Origin: Endomicrobiales bacterium
GTDB taxonomy: Bacteria; Elusimicrobiota; Endomicrobiia; Endomicrobiales; CAWCFT01
Direction: 5' to 3'
DNA length: 64,000 nucleotides
Assembly (NCBI GenBank): GCA_963794945.1
Contig: CAWCFT010000001.1
Location: 224,001-288,000, forward strand
Position 1 is the first letter of the stretch, and each line of letters begins with the position of its first letter. The position numbers were made by a program, and so were the translations under genes. A model generated the notes under the pieces. It was not told where the DNA came from and did no database searches. It saw only the letters and a list, made by a program, of their open reading frames with translations. Positions 32,479 to 42,230 of the stretch are shown in pieces.

Positions 32479-34448
32479 TTATATTTTTCCCACAGCTTCA
32501 TCAAGTCGAAATAGGCCGGCCTCAGCTGGCGCTCGAATGGGCTGTGTTTGCCATTGCCCTGAGAGGTTATGCCAAGCCACTCTTCGTAGCTCCAACCGTC
32601 AAGGAACGGAGCGCCGAACTGCGGCACCGTATCGTGCTGGTATGGTTTAAGGTTCTTGTACATTTCACTTCTCTTGGCGTACCATTCCTTTTTTTGCCGC
32701 TGGATCTTTAGCGGAAGGTCTGAATTCGCTTTCCACCACTCGTCTACCCATTCAAAAAGTATTCCGCCAAGGGCGTTACCGCTGCCTCGGCCCGCAAAAT
32801 TGTCTTCGATATCAAGCCAGTTGCCTCTGAGATATTCAGCCTGCCCCTGCTCGGCTTTCTCCAGGCTCCAGTCTGGATGATAAGCGGAACACCCGTACTC
32901 GGTTACCAGCACCGGCCTGTCGAAAACCCTCGCCACATCCCTCCACAGAGAGCCGAACCCCTGCGCGCCGCGGTAAGCATTTGCGCCGAAAACATCAAGT
33001 TCGGGAGCGTTCTTCGCACAAATGTCTAAAAACAGCGTGTCCCCGTTGCATATAGAGACCGGCCTTTTTTGAGGGTCAAGCGATTTTATAAGTTTTGCGG
33101 CCTCGTTTACGAACTTGTAGTACGCCTCAGGCTGTATCTTGGTGCGGCATCCTGACCCGCACGACTCGCCCTCTTTCCCGGGCTCCGCGTAATTATTCTC
33201 GTTGCCAAGCACCCACATGAGCACGTACGGCTCATCTTTATATTCCTCTACCATCTTGCGGACCTGCTCAAGCATGTTCTTTATATGCGTTGGATTCGTG
33301 TAATCAGTGCCGTTATACCAGTCGGCGCCGGAACCTATTGCGTACATGCCTATCGGGTCGCCTACAAGGTACATAAAACCAAAATTCTCATAGCCTTCTT
33401 TTAAAAGCTGTTTATTCAGGCCGATGTGGTCATAAAGCCTTATTGTATTGACGCCCATATCCTTCATTAACTTAAAATCGCCAACCGGTGGTTCGTCCTT
33501 ATCCTGCTTGTCGTTCCTGTTCTTATCTACCCAGCTGTCATATGCAGCATCGTTCTTGCCGTTCTTGTTCTCATCTGCATACATCCAATCCCGGTGAACG
33601 TTTAGCGTGTGGTTATCCGGGCTTAAACCAACCTTGTTCGGCATGTACGCTATCCCACGTATGTAATATGGTTTCCCGTCAACTGTAAGCTGCCAGCTGT
33701 CGTTATCGTACTTGAGAAGTTTTACTTTTCCCTCACCCACCACTTTTACAACCGTGCTTTTGGACATGTCAGCAGGCGGCTCCGCTACATCTTCCGGCTT
33801 GACGCTCATGATCCTGCCGGGGTTAACCGTAAAAATATCGTTTTTCAGGTCATCGTCGAATGAATTATCGATTATAACGGACGCGCCTTCAAGCTTCATA
33901 CCCAGATCGGGGTTCTGCCTGCAGAGGTAATTGACCTTGTCCATCGCCACCGAACCGATGTACCACGGTGTGCCCCAGTAAGTGATACCGTGCGACCGCG
34001 GAAAAAAAACCAATATATCATAATAAGCCTTTATAGCCTGTTTGATAAGCCCTGCTTTTTCCAGCGCCACTGCGGCGTTATAAAGTTTTGGCCCCGGGTC
34101 TTCCGCGACTTCAGCCCATTTATAGAAATTCGCCTGATAATCGTCTGTATCGGTGAAGTCCCATTGACTTCCTATTAGTTTTCCCGAATTCTTGAAATTT
34201 AAATAGGCCGGGTCCTTCAGCACTGATTTCGTGTTCGGGAATATACCTTCGCCTACTGCCTGCGCGAGCCCTGCGCCATCGGTTATAGCGTATTTGTAGT
34301 TTGTTGTGCCGGCTTTCAGGAACTTGCCGTACTTTTCATAGTCGACGATATCTTCGGTGCCTGGATCGGCAAGCTCGAATAAAGCGGCATTCGCGGAAAT
34401 GAACGGAAAAACGGCAAACATTAAAAAAACAAATAGTTTTTTATCCAT
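32475..34448 (-). CDS. Secreted GH2-like TIM-barrel protein with an N-terminal TPR-like region
   Basis: Signal peptide (ANA), WVLGNE, VTEYG, DEWWK. Confidence 0.8.
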   Translation of the reverse strand: MDKKLFVFLMFAVFPFISANAALFELADPGTEDIVDYEKYGKFLKAGTTNYKYAITDGAGLAQAVGEGIFPNTKSVLKDPAYLNFKNSGKLIGSQWDFTDTDDYQANFYKWAEVAEDPGPKLYNAAVALEKAGLIKQAIKAYYDILVFFPRSHGITYWGTPWYIGSVAMDKVNYLCRQNPDLGMKLEGASVIIDNSFDDDLKNDIFTVNPGRIMSVKPEDVAEPPADMSKSTVVKVVGEGKVKLLKYDNDSWQLTVDGKPYYIRGIAYMPNKVGLSPDNHTLNVHRDWMYADENKNGKNDAAYDSWVDKNRNDKQDKDEPPVGDFKLMKDMGVNTIRLYDHIGLNKQLLKEGYENFGFMYLVGDPIGMYAIGSGADWYNGTDYTNPTHIKNMLEQVRKMVEEYKDEPYVLMWVLGNENNYAEPGKEGESCGSGCRTKIQPEAYYKFVNEAAKLIKSLDPQKRPVSICNGDTLFLDICAKNAPELDVFGANAYRGAQGFGSLWRDVARVFDRPVLVTEYGCSAYHPDWSLEKAEQGQAEYLRGNWLDIEDNFAGRGSGNALGGILFEWVDEWWKANSDLPLKIQRQKKEWYAKRSEMYKNLKPYQHDTVPQFGAPFLDGWSYEEWLGITSQGNGKHSPFERQLRPAYFDLMKLWEKYK

Positions 34449-34477
34449 GATCCTCTCTTATTTTAGCCTATAATATA

Positions 34478-34733
34478 AAAAAATCAAGCAACAAATATCA
34501 AAATTTAGACCGTTGAAAAAGTCATCAACGGTCTTGATTGCAATGATTATTAACCGCGATTACAGCGATTATAAGTTTTTAAATCACTGTAATCTTTGTT
34601 TTTAATCGCTGTAATCAGAGATTATTGGGGGTTTTTCAATAATCTCAAATTTTGTCTTTCGCCTTCGGCGCATTATTTAAAATAATCCGCTCAGGTGATA
34701 AAAATAAATTTGATTTTGGTTGTTTGATTTTTG
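34478..34733. repeat. TCAAA-family inverted repeat element, interrupted by a MITE-like insert
   Basis: aaaaaatcaagcaacaaatatcaaaattt ... aaatttgattttggttgtttgattttt. Confidence 0.55.
34506..34646. mobile_element. Candidate MITE (141 bp)
   Basis: Imperfect TIRs TAGACCGTTGAAAAA / GAGATTATTGAAAAA (rc), flanked by an AAATT direct repeat; internal GATTACAG inverted repeats. Confidence 0.45.
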
Positions 34734-34752
34734 TATTACCTTTTATTGAACA

Positions 34753-34824
34753 TGGGTAGTGCAGGGTTTGAACCTGCGACCCTTCGCGTGTAAGGCGAAT
34801 GCTCTGCCGCTGAGCTAACTACCC
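34753..34824 (-). tRNA. tRNA-Val(UAC)
   Basis: GGGTAGT...TTCGC-CTTACAC-GCGAA...ACTACCC-A. Confidence 0.95.
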
Positions 34825-34868
34825 GATATGAAATATTCTTTGGATTATACTTTATTTGTAGCTGGAAA

Positions 34869-35828
34869 TCAATTTGAACCAGCGTTAACAGCCTTCGCTC
34901 TCTTCTTTCTGTTCTTTATCTTGTTGCTTATATGCTCGCTGAAATACCGGGAGAACATATGCGTGCCGGAGCTTGCGGCCACAAAGAACATGTCTTCAGT
35001 CTCTTCAGGGTTGAGCGCGGCGTTTATAGAATCCAATCCCGGGTTGCATATCGGGCCTGGCGGAAGGCCGAAGCATCTGTAAGTATTGTACGGAGAGTTT
35101 ACCTTTATGTCCTTGTAGCTCAGCCTGGGCTTGTGGCCTCCCAGCGCATATTGGACAGTAGCGCATGATTCCAGGTACCAGCCTTTTTTTAGCCTGTTGT
35201 AAAAAACCCCTGCGATCTTAGCCTTCTCTCTTTTTACCACAGCCTCTTTTTCGATTATAGAAGCCAGCGTCAATATCTTCTTTTCCCCCATCTTGAGCTC
35301 GTCGGCCCGTTCCTGCATTTTGGGAGTAAAGTTCTTGTCGAACTCTTTAAGCATTTTATCTATCACTACTTGTTCCGGCAGGTTCCTGTCGAAATAATAC
35401 GTGTCGGGGAACAGATGACCCTCGAGCTGTTTTTCCCTGACAATATTGAGAAAACGGTCCTTATTTACGATACCCTTGGCCGAAAGCGCATCGGCTACCT
35501 CAACCGCTGTGAACCCTTCAGGGATCGTTACCCTCTGGTACGCCCCCCTGCCGGCACTGATCATTCTTATTATTCCGAATATACTGGAACGGGCCGGAAT
35601 TAGGTAAGTCCCGGCCTTTAACTGCCTAGATTTGCCAAATACCTTTACAACGGCTCTGAACACAGTTCTTGAAGCAATGGCATTGGCGCTGTAAAGCGAT
35701 TCGGCTATCTGTTTCGCTGATGAATTTTCGTTAATTACTATGGTTGCTGGCTTAGAAGGCAGGCTTATCCACCACGAAATCAGCAGAGCGAACACTGCTA
35801 TAAATATCAATCCGATGATCTTTTTCAT
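34869..35828 (-). CDS. mltG: Endolytic transglycosylase MltG
   Basis: TIPEG, EGHLFPDTY, ASIIEKE, SPYNTY, GLPPGPICNPG. Confidence 0.93.
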   Translation of the reverse strand: MKKIIGLIFIAVFALLISWWISLPSKPATIVINENSSAKQIAESLYSANAIASRTVFRAVVKVFGKSRQLKAGTYLIPARSSIFGIIRMISAGRGAYQRVTIPEGFTAVEVADALSAKGIVNKDRFLNIVREKQLEGHLFPDTYYFDRNLPEQVVIDKMLKEFDKNFTPKMQERADELKMGEKKILTLASIIEKEAVVKREKAKIAGVFYNRLKKGWYLESCATVQYALGGHKPRLSYKDIKVNSPYNTYRCFGLPPGPICNPGLDSINAALNPEETEDMFFVAASSGTHMFSRYFSEHISNKIKNRKKRAKAVNAGSN

Positions 35829-36325
35829 TTATGTTTTAGCCAGAGGTCATTAAGTTCTTTATCGATTTTTTCTGTTTCGGGAGCGTCAAGTTTGCCATCA
35901 TCACAGGGTTGTTCGAGTTTATTTTCAGGCAATATCCTATTGATAAATTCTTCAACACCCATGAATCCTGCGCCAGTACCGCCTAAGAGACGCCTTATCC
36001 CCTTATCGTTTGTTACAACGACTATATCTGCTGGATTTTCCACATTCAAAACAAGCTCTTCGATGCGTGTGTCTGCGGTTTTTCCTTCACTGAAGAGCAC
36101 TTTAATCCCGTGATACAAAGTGGCCGAAGCGCTTGACGCCAGCATCGGCGCGCTCTCGGGGCCGTCAAAAACCACTGTGATATTTTTCCTTCCCTTTGAA
36201 CTACCAAGGAATTGCCGGAGCAGCTCCAGTAGGAAATTCCTCTGGTTCTGAAGAGGCCCTTTTGCGATCAGCCTGTCCGGGCCGGATTTGATTATATTGT
36301 AACCATCTAAAACGTAGTGAACCAT
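35825..36325 (-). CDS. NYN/YacP-like PIN-domain protein
   Basis: LDGYN, VVFDG, TADTRI, VVTND. Confidence 0.85.
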   Translation of the reverse strand: MVHYVLDGYNIIKSGPDRLIAKGPLQNQRNFLLELLRQFLGSSKGRKNITVVFDGPESAPMLASSASATLYHGIKVLFSEGKTADTRIEELVLNVENPADIVVVTNDKGIRRLLGGTGAGFMGVEEFINRILPENKLEQPCDDGKLDAPETEKIDKELNDLWLKHK

Positions 36326-36330
36326 TTTTT

Positions 36331-36750
36331 TCAGCCCTTTACTGAATCCAGGTAAGACTGCAGAATCAGCGCCGCCGCTACTTTATCACGCAGGCCTTTT
36401 CTTTTTTCGCGCGAGAAGTCCGCCTCTTCCTCAAGTATTCTGTTCGCCTGCAGGGTGGTAAGCCTCTCATCTATGAACTTTATATCTATATTGAACTTTT
36501 CCTGCAATTTATTAGCAAAAGACCTGACATCTTCCGTAAGCACTCCCGAAGAACCGTCCATATTGAGCGGGTCACCCACAACGATAAGCGAAATGTCCTG
36601 TTCTTTTATTATGCGCCCAAGCTCTACGAAAGTTTTTTCGTTCGATTCCCTGTTGATCACTGTGAGCGGGCAGGCGGTTATCCCCATGACGTCAGAAAGC
36701 GCGAGCCCGATCCTTCTGCTCCCGAAATCTACTCCTAACACCCTAGGCAT
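36331..36750 (-). CDS. ruvX: YqgF/RuvX nuclease
   Basis: LGVDFGSRRIGLA, DERLTT, AAALILQSYL. Confidence 0.93.
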   Translation of the reverse strand: MPRVLGVDFGSRRIGLALSDVMGITACPLTVINRESNEKTFVELGRIIKEQDISLIVVGDPLNMDGSSGVLTEDVRSFANKLQEKFNIDIKFIDERLTTLQANRILEEEADFSREKRKGLRDKVAAALILQSYLDSVKG

Positions 36751-36766
36751 TTGATATTCCTTCTGG

Positions 36767-37499
36767 TTATTTCAGCCATACGTACTGTTTTAGAGGCTCG
36801 CTTGATCTTAATTGTTCAACGGTTACGAACTGGTAGCCGCGCTCCCTTAGCGATCTTATTATTGCCGGGAGAGCAGCTATAGTCGGAGACGCGGCCGGAG
36901 TGCATAAGAACGACACCGCCGTCACTCGCTTGCTCCAACACCCTTTTAATGATTATATCCGGGTTTTCTTCTTCGTGATCCTTAGGGAAAACAAACCAAA
37001 GCACCATTGCCTGCCCCATCGAATCAGCTATCATTTTCACTCTTTCGTTATACTGGCCGCCAGGCGGACGGTAAAAAAGGCATTTCTTGCCTGAGATATC
37101 TTCAATGACCGAGCGGGCCATGCCCAATTCTTTTTCTATCCCTTCATCTGAAAGTTTGGTAAGGTTCTTGTGCAGGAAACCGTGCACCTCAAGCTCATGG
37201 CCCGCCACTGAAAGCTCTTCGATAAGCTGCGGGTATTCCATCGCCATCCTTCCGACTATAAAAAATGTCGCATGTACTTTATTCTCGGCAAGCACATCGA
37301 TCAGTTTGTCGGTATAATAAGGGTGCGGGCCGTCATCGAAAGTTAGCGCTATCTTGTGAGGGTACCTTGGGTTTTGAAAAGCAAAATCCTGAACGAAGTC
37401 TTTTGAAGAAACAACTATGCTGCCGGTAAGAAGAAGTACAATGAATGCAACTATTATCTCGTAACGGTAAATTACGAGATGGAAATCGATTTTAAGCAT
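36767..37499 (-). CDS. Polysaccharide deacetylase (CE4; +1 frameshift near 36888)
   Basis: ALTFDDGP, HGFLH, RPPGG, LMH; the tail (RGYQFVTV) lies in the next frame. Confidence 0.85.
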
Positions 37500-38035
37500 A
37501 TGTATTCGGCGCCTTTGGGATCGAGATTGCTCTGCATTATATCAATGCTTTTAACAGTGAAACTGCCAACCTTTCTGGGGCTCGGCACAAGCTGACGTTT
37601 TGTTATTGTGCCCACACCATGCTCCGCCCGGACCCTTCCGAGTGTAAGGTGAGGAGAGAAGGGCCTCGTTTCTTTTGCGATCCCAAGCCCAAGGCTCAAG
37701 AGTTTATCTTCTATAGCCTGCGCGAGTTTAGCAAGCGTTTCCCTTCCGCCATCGATGTCTACCCGAACAACCCTGGGGTGCGCGTCGTTAGGAAAATCAC
37801 CTGAAACTGAAAACGATACATCAAATGGCTTGAAGGGTTTCGTGCTCTCCTCTATCGCCTCCGTTATCTCTGCGACATAATCTTTCTGTACTTCACCGAG
37901 AAACTTCAGCGTTATATGAAGTTTATCTGCCGCTACCCATTTTACGCTTTCGATAGAATGTTTCAGGTGTTCCTGTATTTCCGTTATACCGGTTTTTAAT
38001 TCATCCGGGATATTTACCGCCACAAATAAACGCAT
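37472..38035 (-). CDS. thpR: RNA 2',3'-cyclic phosphodiesterase
   Basis: MRLFVA, HITL, PHLTLGR. Confidence 0.92.
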   Translation of the reverse strand: MRLFVAVNIPDELKTGITEIQEHLKHSIESVKWVAADKLHITLKFLGEVQKDYVAEITEAIEESTKPFKPFDVSFSVSGDFPNDAHPRVVRVDIDGGRETLAKLAQAIEDKLLSLGLGIAKETRPFSPHLTLGRVRAEHGVGTITKRQLVPSPRKVGSFTVKSIDIMQSNLDPKGAEYICLKSISIS

Positions 38036-38049
38036 AAATTACCTCTTTA

Positions 38050-38230
38050 AATTTCAAAAATCAAATGTCAAATATCAAAATTAAGGTTAACAACTTAAAT
38101 AAAAACTAGAAGGTTATCTGCACTAGTTTTGTCTATCTTTGAATCTATTTTTTATTCTTAATTTGTCATTTTGATCTTTAATGTTTTCCGCCAAAGGCGG
38201 ATCTGCCTTTGGCATGAGATATTTGACTTT
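38050..38230. repeat. TCAAA-family 7-bp-periodic inverted repeat plus CCGCCAAAGGCGG palindrome, overlapping the cinA 3' end
   Basis: aaatcaaatgtcaaatatcaaa is identical at 48996; ccgccaaaggcggatctgcctttggc. Confidence 0.6.
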
Positions 38231-39506
38231 TTTGCCCCGCAAGAAGCACCCGGCGCAGTAAATCCAGTGCGTAGTTAGTGGCCCTTTCTCTAACTTCGGC
38301 CCGTGAACCCGGCCATTCGGAACGGTAGACTCTCGTCTCCTCCGGACCAGCCATCCCGATGAAGACAAGCCCGACGGGTTTCTCTGCGGTTCCGCCTGAC
38401 GGGCCGGCAACACCTGTTATGGAGACGGCGAAATCAGCGCCTGAGACTTTCTTTGCGCCCAGCGCCATCTCGGACGCCGTTTGTTCGCTCACGGCCCCGA
38501 AAGACTTTAATGTGTCTTCGCTCACCCCCAACTGCCTCATTTTCGACTTGTTGGAGTAAGTGACGAACCCTTCCTGGAAGTAGAATGAACTTCCCGGGAC
38601 TGATGTTAATTTCTGGGAAAGCAAACCACCAGTGCACGATTCGGCAACCACCAGGGTGCTCTTATTTTTCATGAGCAAACCGCCCGCAACGCTTTCCAGA
38701 GTGGCCTTGCCCTCGCCAAATATATTGTCGCCGAGGGCTTCATAGAACTCATTCTTTATGTTATGTATCATCTCGTCTACAAGCATCTCGTCTTTGCCTG
38801 AAACAGTGGCCTTTATGTCCAGCACCATCTGGTGCGCGAGGATCGTAAAAGACACGTCGCCGGAGTCAAGCCTGCGTTCGGCATCTATAATATGTTTTAT
38901 TTTTTCATCGGCCACAGATTCTCCGAGCCCGCAAACGTGCAGGGTAAATGATTTCTTTATAATGGTTTCGTACTTTTTCAGGTAAGGGAATACTTCCTTA
39001 TCGAACATGGACTGCATTTCCCGTGGCGGGCCCGGCAGCAGGAATATGTAAACGTTGGATGATTTATTTTCTTTGCCTTCTTTTTTTAGTACCAGAAGTT
39101 GACCCGGAGCAGTGCCCATAGGGTTCGGAAGTATCTTGGCCCCATCAATAACGTACGCCTGACGCTCGTTGTTCTTGGGCATATCTATGCCCCTCTTTAC
39201 GAACATCGCCGCTATCGCGCTAAGAGCCTCCCGGTTAAGCACAAGTTTTTTGCCGGCCACTTTCGCGACGGCTTCCCTTGTTATATCGTCAAATGTCGGC
39301 CCAAGGCCGCCGGTAATAATAATTACTGCGCTGCGTTTGATCGCGGTATCGAGAGCGCTTTCCATGTGTGCCGGGGTATCCCCGACCGTAACGATATACT
39401 CAAGCGATAACCCCAGCGTGCTGAGCCTCTCGCCGATGTAGCCCGCGTTCGTATTGAGTTTACCTTCAAGCAGTTCAGTGCCGACGCAAATCAGTTCTGT
39501 GTTCAT
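38178..39506 (-). CDS. cinA: Competence/damage-inducible protein CinA (NMN deamidase fusion)
   Basis: GTELL, GGLGPTFDDIT, GTAPG, AESCTGG, GAVS, GVAGP. Confidence 0.93.
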   Translation of the reverse strand: MNTELICVGTELLEGKLNTNAGYIGERLSTLGLSLEYIVTVGDTPAHMESALDTAIKRSAVIIITGGLGPTFDDITREAVAKVAGKKLVLNREALSAIAAMFVKRGIDMPKNNERQAYVIDGAKILPNPMGTAPGQLLVLKKEGKENKSSNVYIFLLPGPPREMQSMFDKEVFPYLKKYETIIKKSFTLHVCGLGESVADEKIKHIIDAERRLDSGDVSFTILAHQMVLDIKATVSGKDEMLVDEMIHNIKNEFYEALGDNIFGEGKATLESVAGGLLMKNKSTLVVAESCTGGLLSQKLTSVPGSSFYFQEGFVTYSNKSKMRQLGVSEDTLKSFGAVSEQTASEMALGAKKVSGADFAVSITGVAGPSGGTAEKPVGLVFIGMAGPEETRVYRSEWPGSRAEVRERATNYALDLLRRVLLAGQKSQISHAKGRSAFGGKH

Positions 39507-39519
39507 GTTAACCTCTAGT

Positions 39520-39655
39520 CGTAAGCTATAAGCTGTAAGAAAAATCATAACAACAATTCATATGTCTTCTCTAAAAGCTTGTAGCTTATAGCCTGCAGCT
39601 GCCGTTTGTTTTGTCTTGCCTGCTTACAGCTTATAACTTATAGCGTACAGCTGCC
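39520..39655. repeat. AGCTTAT-family 7-bp-periodic inverted repeat
   Basis: Reverse complement GGCAGCTGTACGCTATAAGTTATAAGCTGTAAGCAGGCAAGAC matches the copy at 47038 with 5 mismatches in 43 nt. Confidence 0.7.
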
Positions 39656-39656
39656 T

Positions 39657-39956
39657 TTAGTGGTAAAACCCTATTTTCTTTTCAGCCTCTGTCTGGACGT
39701 TCGCCTTGATCTCTCCGAACTTTGCTTCGTATTTCGCGATATTTTCTTTCAGCGCGGCTAAAAACCTTTTCGCGTGGGCCGGCGATGTTATCACCCGCGA
39801 CCTGACTTTCGCGCGCGGAGCCTGCGGCTGAATGAAAAGGAAATCCAGTATGAACTCGCTGTCAGAATGGGCGATCATGGCCAGGTTAGAGTATGAACCC
39901 TGGGCTGTCAGTTCATCGATCTCGATCTGTATCTCGGGTTTTTTAATTTCTTCCAT
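39657..39956 (-). CDS. DUF3467 family protein
   Basis: GSYSNLAMIAHS..EFILDF, SRVITSPAHAKR. Confidence 0.85.
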   Translation of the reverse strand: MEEIKKPEIQIEIDELTAQGSYSNLAMIAHSDSEFILDFLFIQPQAPRAKVRSRVITSPAHAKRFLAALKENIAKYEAKFGEIKANVQTEAEKKIGFYH

Positions 39957-39971
39957 GTTTTAACTCCTCCT

Positions 39972-40067
39972 AAGTTAAGTGATAATGGCTAAGGGTTAAG
40001 TAGTAAGCAAAACCTCAAAACTTTCAGGGTCTTATGCCGTTCACTTATCCCTTACCGCTTACCCCTT
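39972..40067. repeat. TAAGTGG/CTTACCC-family 7-bp-periodic inverted repeat
   Basis: taagggttaagtagtaag ... cttatcccttaccgcttacccctt; related to 57773-57852. Confidence 0.55.
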
Positions 40068-40068
40068 G

Positions 40069-41142
40069 CTATAATCCTATAGCTTTCAAAATTTCCTTTA
40101 TGTCCGCTTTTACAGCCTGCGGTTTCGCGGCGCAGGCAATGGCCCTGTCAGGGTCTTTGAGCCCGTGGCCGGTGAGTATACAGACAACCTGTATCTCTTT
40201 GGCGTTCGCTATATCTTTAAAATAACCCTTTCTCGCATACTTTATGAGCCCCGCGATAGACGCGGCCGAACCCGGCTCGCAGAACACGCCCTCAACCGCG
40301 GCGACCAGCTTGTAGGCTTCCAAAATATCGTCGTCCGATACCATGTCTATAACGCCGTGCGATTCATCCCTGGCGGCCTCTGCCTGTTTCCATGACGCCG
40401 GATTGCCTATGCGGATGGCGGTAGCGAGCGTCTCGGGCTTTTCTATTGGGTGGCCGCGGACAATAGGCGCTGAACCTTCAGCCTGGAAACCCATCATTTT
40501 AGGTAGCGGATACTTTTTACCGTCAAGTTTATTGTATTGCTTGTATCCCGCCCAGTAAGCCGTTATATTTCCGGCATTACCGACCGGCATGAACTGAAAA
40601 TCCGGCGCCTTGTCTAGGTCATCGCATATCTCGAAAGCTCCGCTCTTCTGGCCTTCTATGCGGAAAGGGTTGACCGAATTGACCAAAGTCAGCGGGTATT
40701 TTTCGCTAAGCTCCCTGACAAGTGTAAGCGCAACGTCAAAATTGCCGTCAACACTTAACACCTGCGCACCATGCATTACGGCCTGCGAAAGTTTGCCCAA
40801 AGCTATTTTGCCTTCCGGAATAAGCACCACGCACTTAAGGCCCGCCCGCGCGGAATAAGCTGCCGCATACGCCGAAGTATTACCGGTCGAAGCGCAAACA
40901 ACCGCTTTTGACCCGGCTTCCACGGCCTTTGAAACAGCCATCGTCATTCCGCGGTCTTTGAACGAGCCGGTCGGGTTAAGCCCTTCATATTTAAAAAATA
41001 TCTTTCCGGGAAAACCAATTTTACCGGCAAGGTTAACAGCGGGTATCAGCGGCGTGTTGCCCTCAAGAAGCGTTATGACCGGAGTCTTGTCCGTGACTGG
41101 CAGATATTTCCTGTAACGTTCAATAATTCCTTTGTATGCCAT
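40069..41142 (-). CDS. thrC: Threonine synthase
   Basis: NPTGSFKDRGM, ASTGNTS, PVGNAGN, TGHGLKD. Confidence 0.95.
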   Translation of the reverse strand: MAYKGIIERYRKYLPVTDKTPVITLLEGNTPLIPAVNLAGKIGFPGKIFFKYEGLNPTGSFKDRGMTMAVSKAVEAGSKAVVCASTGNTSAYAAAYSARAGLKCVVLIPEGKIALGKLSQAVMHGAQVLSVDGNFDVALTLVRELSEKYPLTLVNSVNPFRIEGQKSGAFEICDDLDKAPDFQFMPVGNAGNITAYWAGYKQYNKLDGKKYPLPKMMGFQAEGSAPIVRGHPIEKPETLATAIRIGNPASWKQAEAARDESHGVIDMVSDDDILEAYKLVAAVEGVFCEPGSAASIAGLIKYARKGYFKDIANAKEIQVVCILTGHGLKDPDRAIACAAKPQAVKADIKEILKAIGL

Positions 41143-41167
41143 GTGGTTTTCCTCTCTTTTCCAGTTT

Positions 41168-41281
41168 TATCAAATATCAAAAATCAAATGTTAAAATTTC
41201 TGTGTCCGCCACAGCGAACGATTTAAATAACTCACTTAAAGTTGTGGATATATTTTTAATCTTTGATATTTGATATTTGAT
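41168..41281. repeat. TCAAA-family 7-bp-periodic inverted repeat overlapping the radical SAM gene 3' end
   Basis: tatcaaatatcaaaaatcaaatg ... tttgatatttgatatttgat. Confidence 0.6.
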
Positions 41282-42077
41282 CTTGCTCTACAACTATCCA
41301 CTGCGATTCTATGGGACAATAATCCTTCTCGCATGGCTGAGCAGCTTCGCAAAGCCTGAAATCCGGGTCGTCTATCCTTCCTACCGAACCGTTTGAATAC
41401 TGGCTGCACCTGTCAACTTTACCGTCGAAACGGATGACCGCGTAGTCCTTTCCCGCGCGGCACTGTTTGCCTTTTGGCGAAATATTCTGAAGCTGGTAGT
41501 TTATCTTATCATTACTCTTATAGGGGCTGATCTCTTCGATGATCTTCTTTTCTTTCTCCGAGTTGAGCGTAAACCCGTCGCCGCGCAAAGGCAGCGGTAT
41601 AAGGTTTATCTCCTGTTCCTTCAGCCTCGCGCTTCGCTCCGGCATTTCTTCTATCTGGGAAGGATGTGCGACATAATATATCTGTTTGTCCGAGAGATAA
41701 TCTCTCGCCTTCACGCACTTACCAAAGAAGACTTCAAAGTCCGAGAAGCTCGGATGAAATGTAGCCGATATCCTGAGCTCGCCAGGCTTGAAAAAAGGCG
41801 TTAATTCTTCAACGTCCCACGATAGGTTTGTGCAGATGTCGGGAACGTGCTTTTTAGCAAGCATCTTTATTAATTCATAGAACCGAGGATAAACCGAAGG
41901 CTCGCCGCCGGACACGAATATCCTGCAGCCGCCGTACATGTTATATATTCTATCCCAAACTTTTTCCCACTCAGCCGGCGAAAGTATCAAATCCTTTTCA
42001 GGATGGTCTTTCCATACGCCGCAATAGGGGCAAGCGTAATTACACCTGTGACAAAGATCCCAGCCAAAAGTCGTCAT
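41256..42077 (-). CDS. Radical SAM protein with C-terminal SPASM/twitch-like Cys cluster
   Basis: CNYACPYC, SGGEP, CRAG...DGKVDRC...C...C. Confidence 0.85.
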   Translation of the reverse strand: MTTFGWDLCHRCNYACPYCGVWKDHPEKDLILSPAEWEKVWDRIYNMYGGCRIFVSGGEPSVYPRFYELIKMLAKKHVPDICTNLSWDVEELTPFFKPGELRISATFHPSFSDFEVFFGKCVKARDYLSDKQIYYVAHPSQIEEMPERSARLKEQEINLIPLPLRGDGFTLNSEKEKKIIEEISPYKSNDKINYQLQNISPKGKQCRAGKDYAVIRFDGKVDRCSQYSNGSVGRIDDPDFRLCEAAQPCEKDYCPIESQWIVVEQDQISNIKD

Positions 42078-42147
42078 TGACGGTAAAAACTCCCACGCTA
42101 AATTTGTTCGTTTATTTTAGCTATTTAGAGGGTGGAAGTCAAACTGC

Positions 42148-42177
42148 TTGACAGGGGCCGCATATATTCTGTAAAAT
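42148..42177 (+). promoter_or_regulatory. sigma70 promoter
   Basis: TTGACA-N18-TAAAAT. Confidence 0.55.
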
Positions 42178-42230
42178 GAACAACAATCTTAAAGAATTAA
42201 ATGTAGTTTTTTCGGAGAAATAATAATTTC

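Noticed and set aside
30843..34753. Genomic island between convergent tRNA genes
   Set aside because: No integrase and no duplicated tRNA 3' end seen.
39520..39655. CRISPR array in the periodic repeats
   Set aside because: The period is 7 bp with no repeat-spacer structure, and no cas genes are present.
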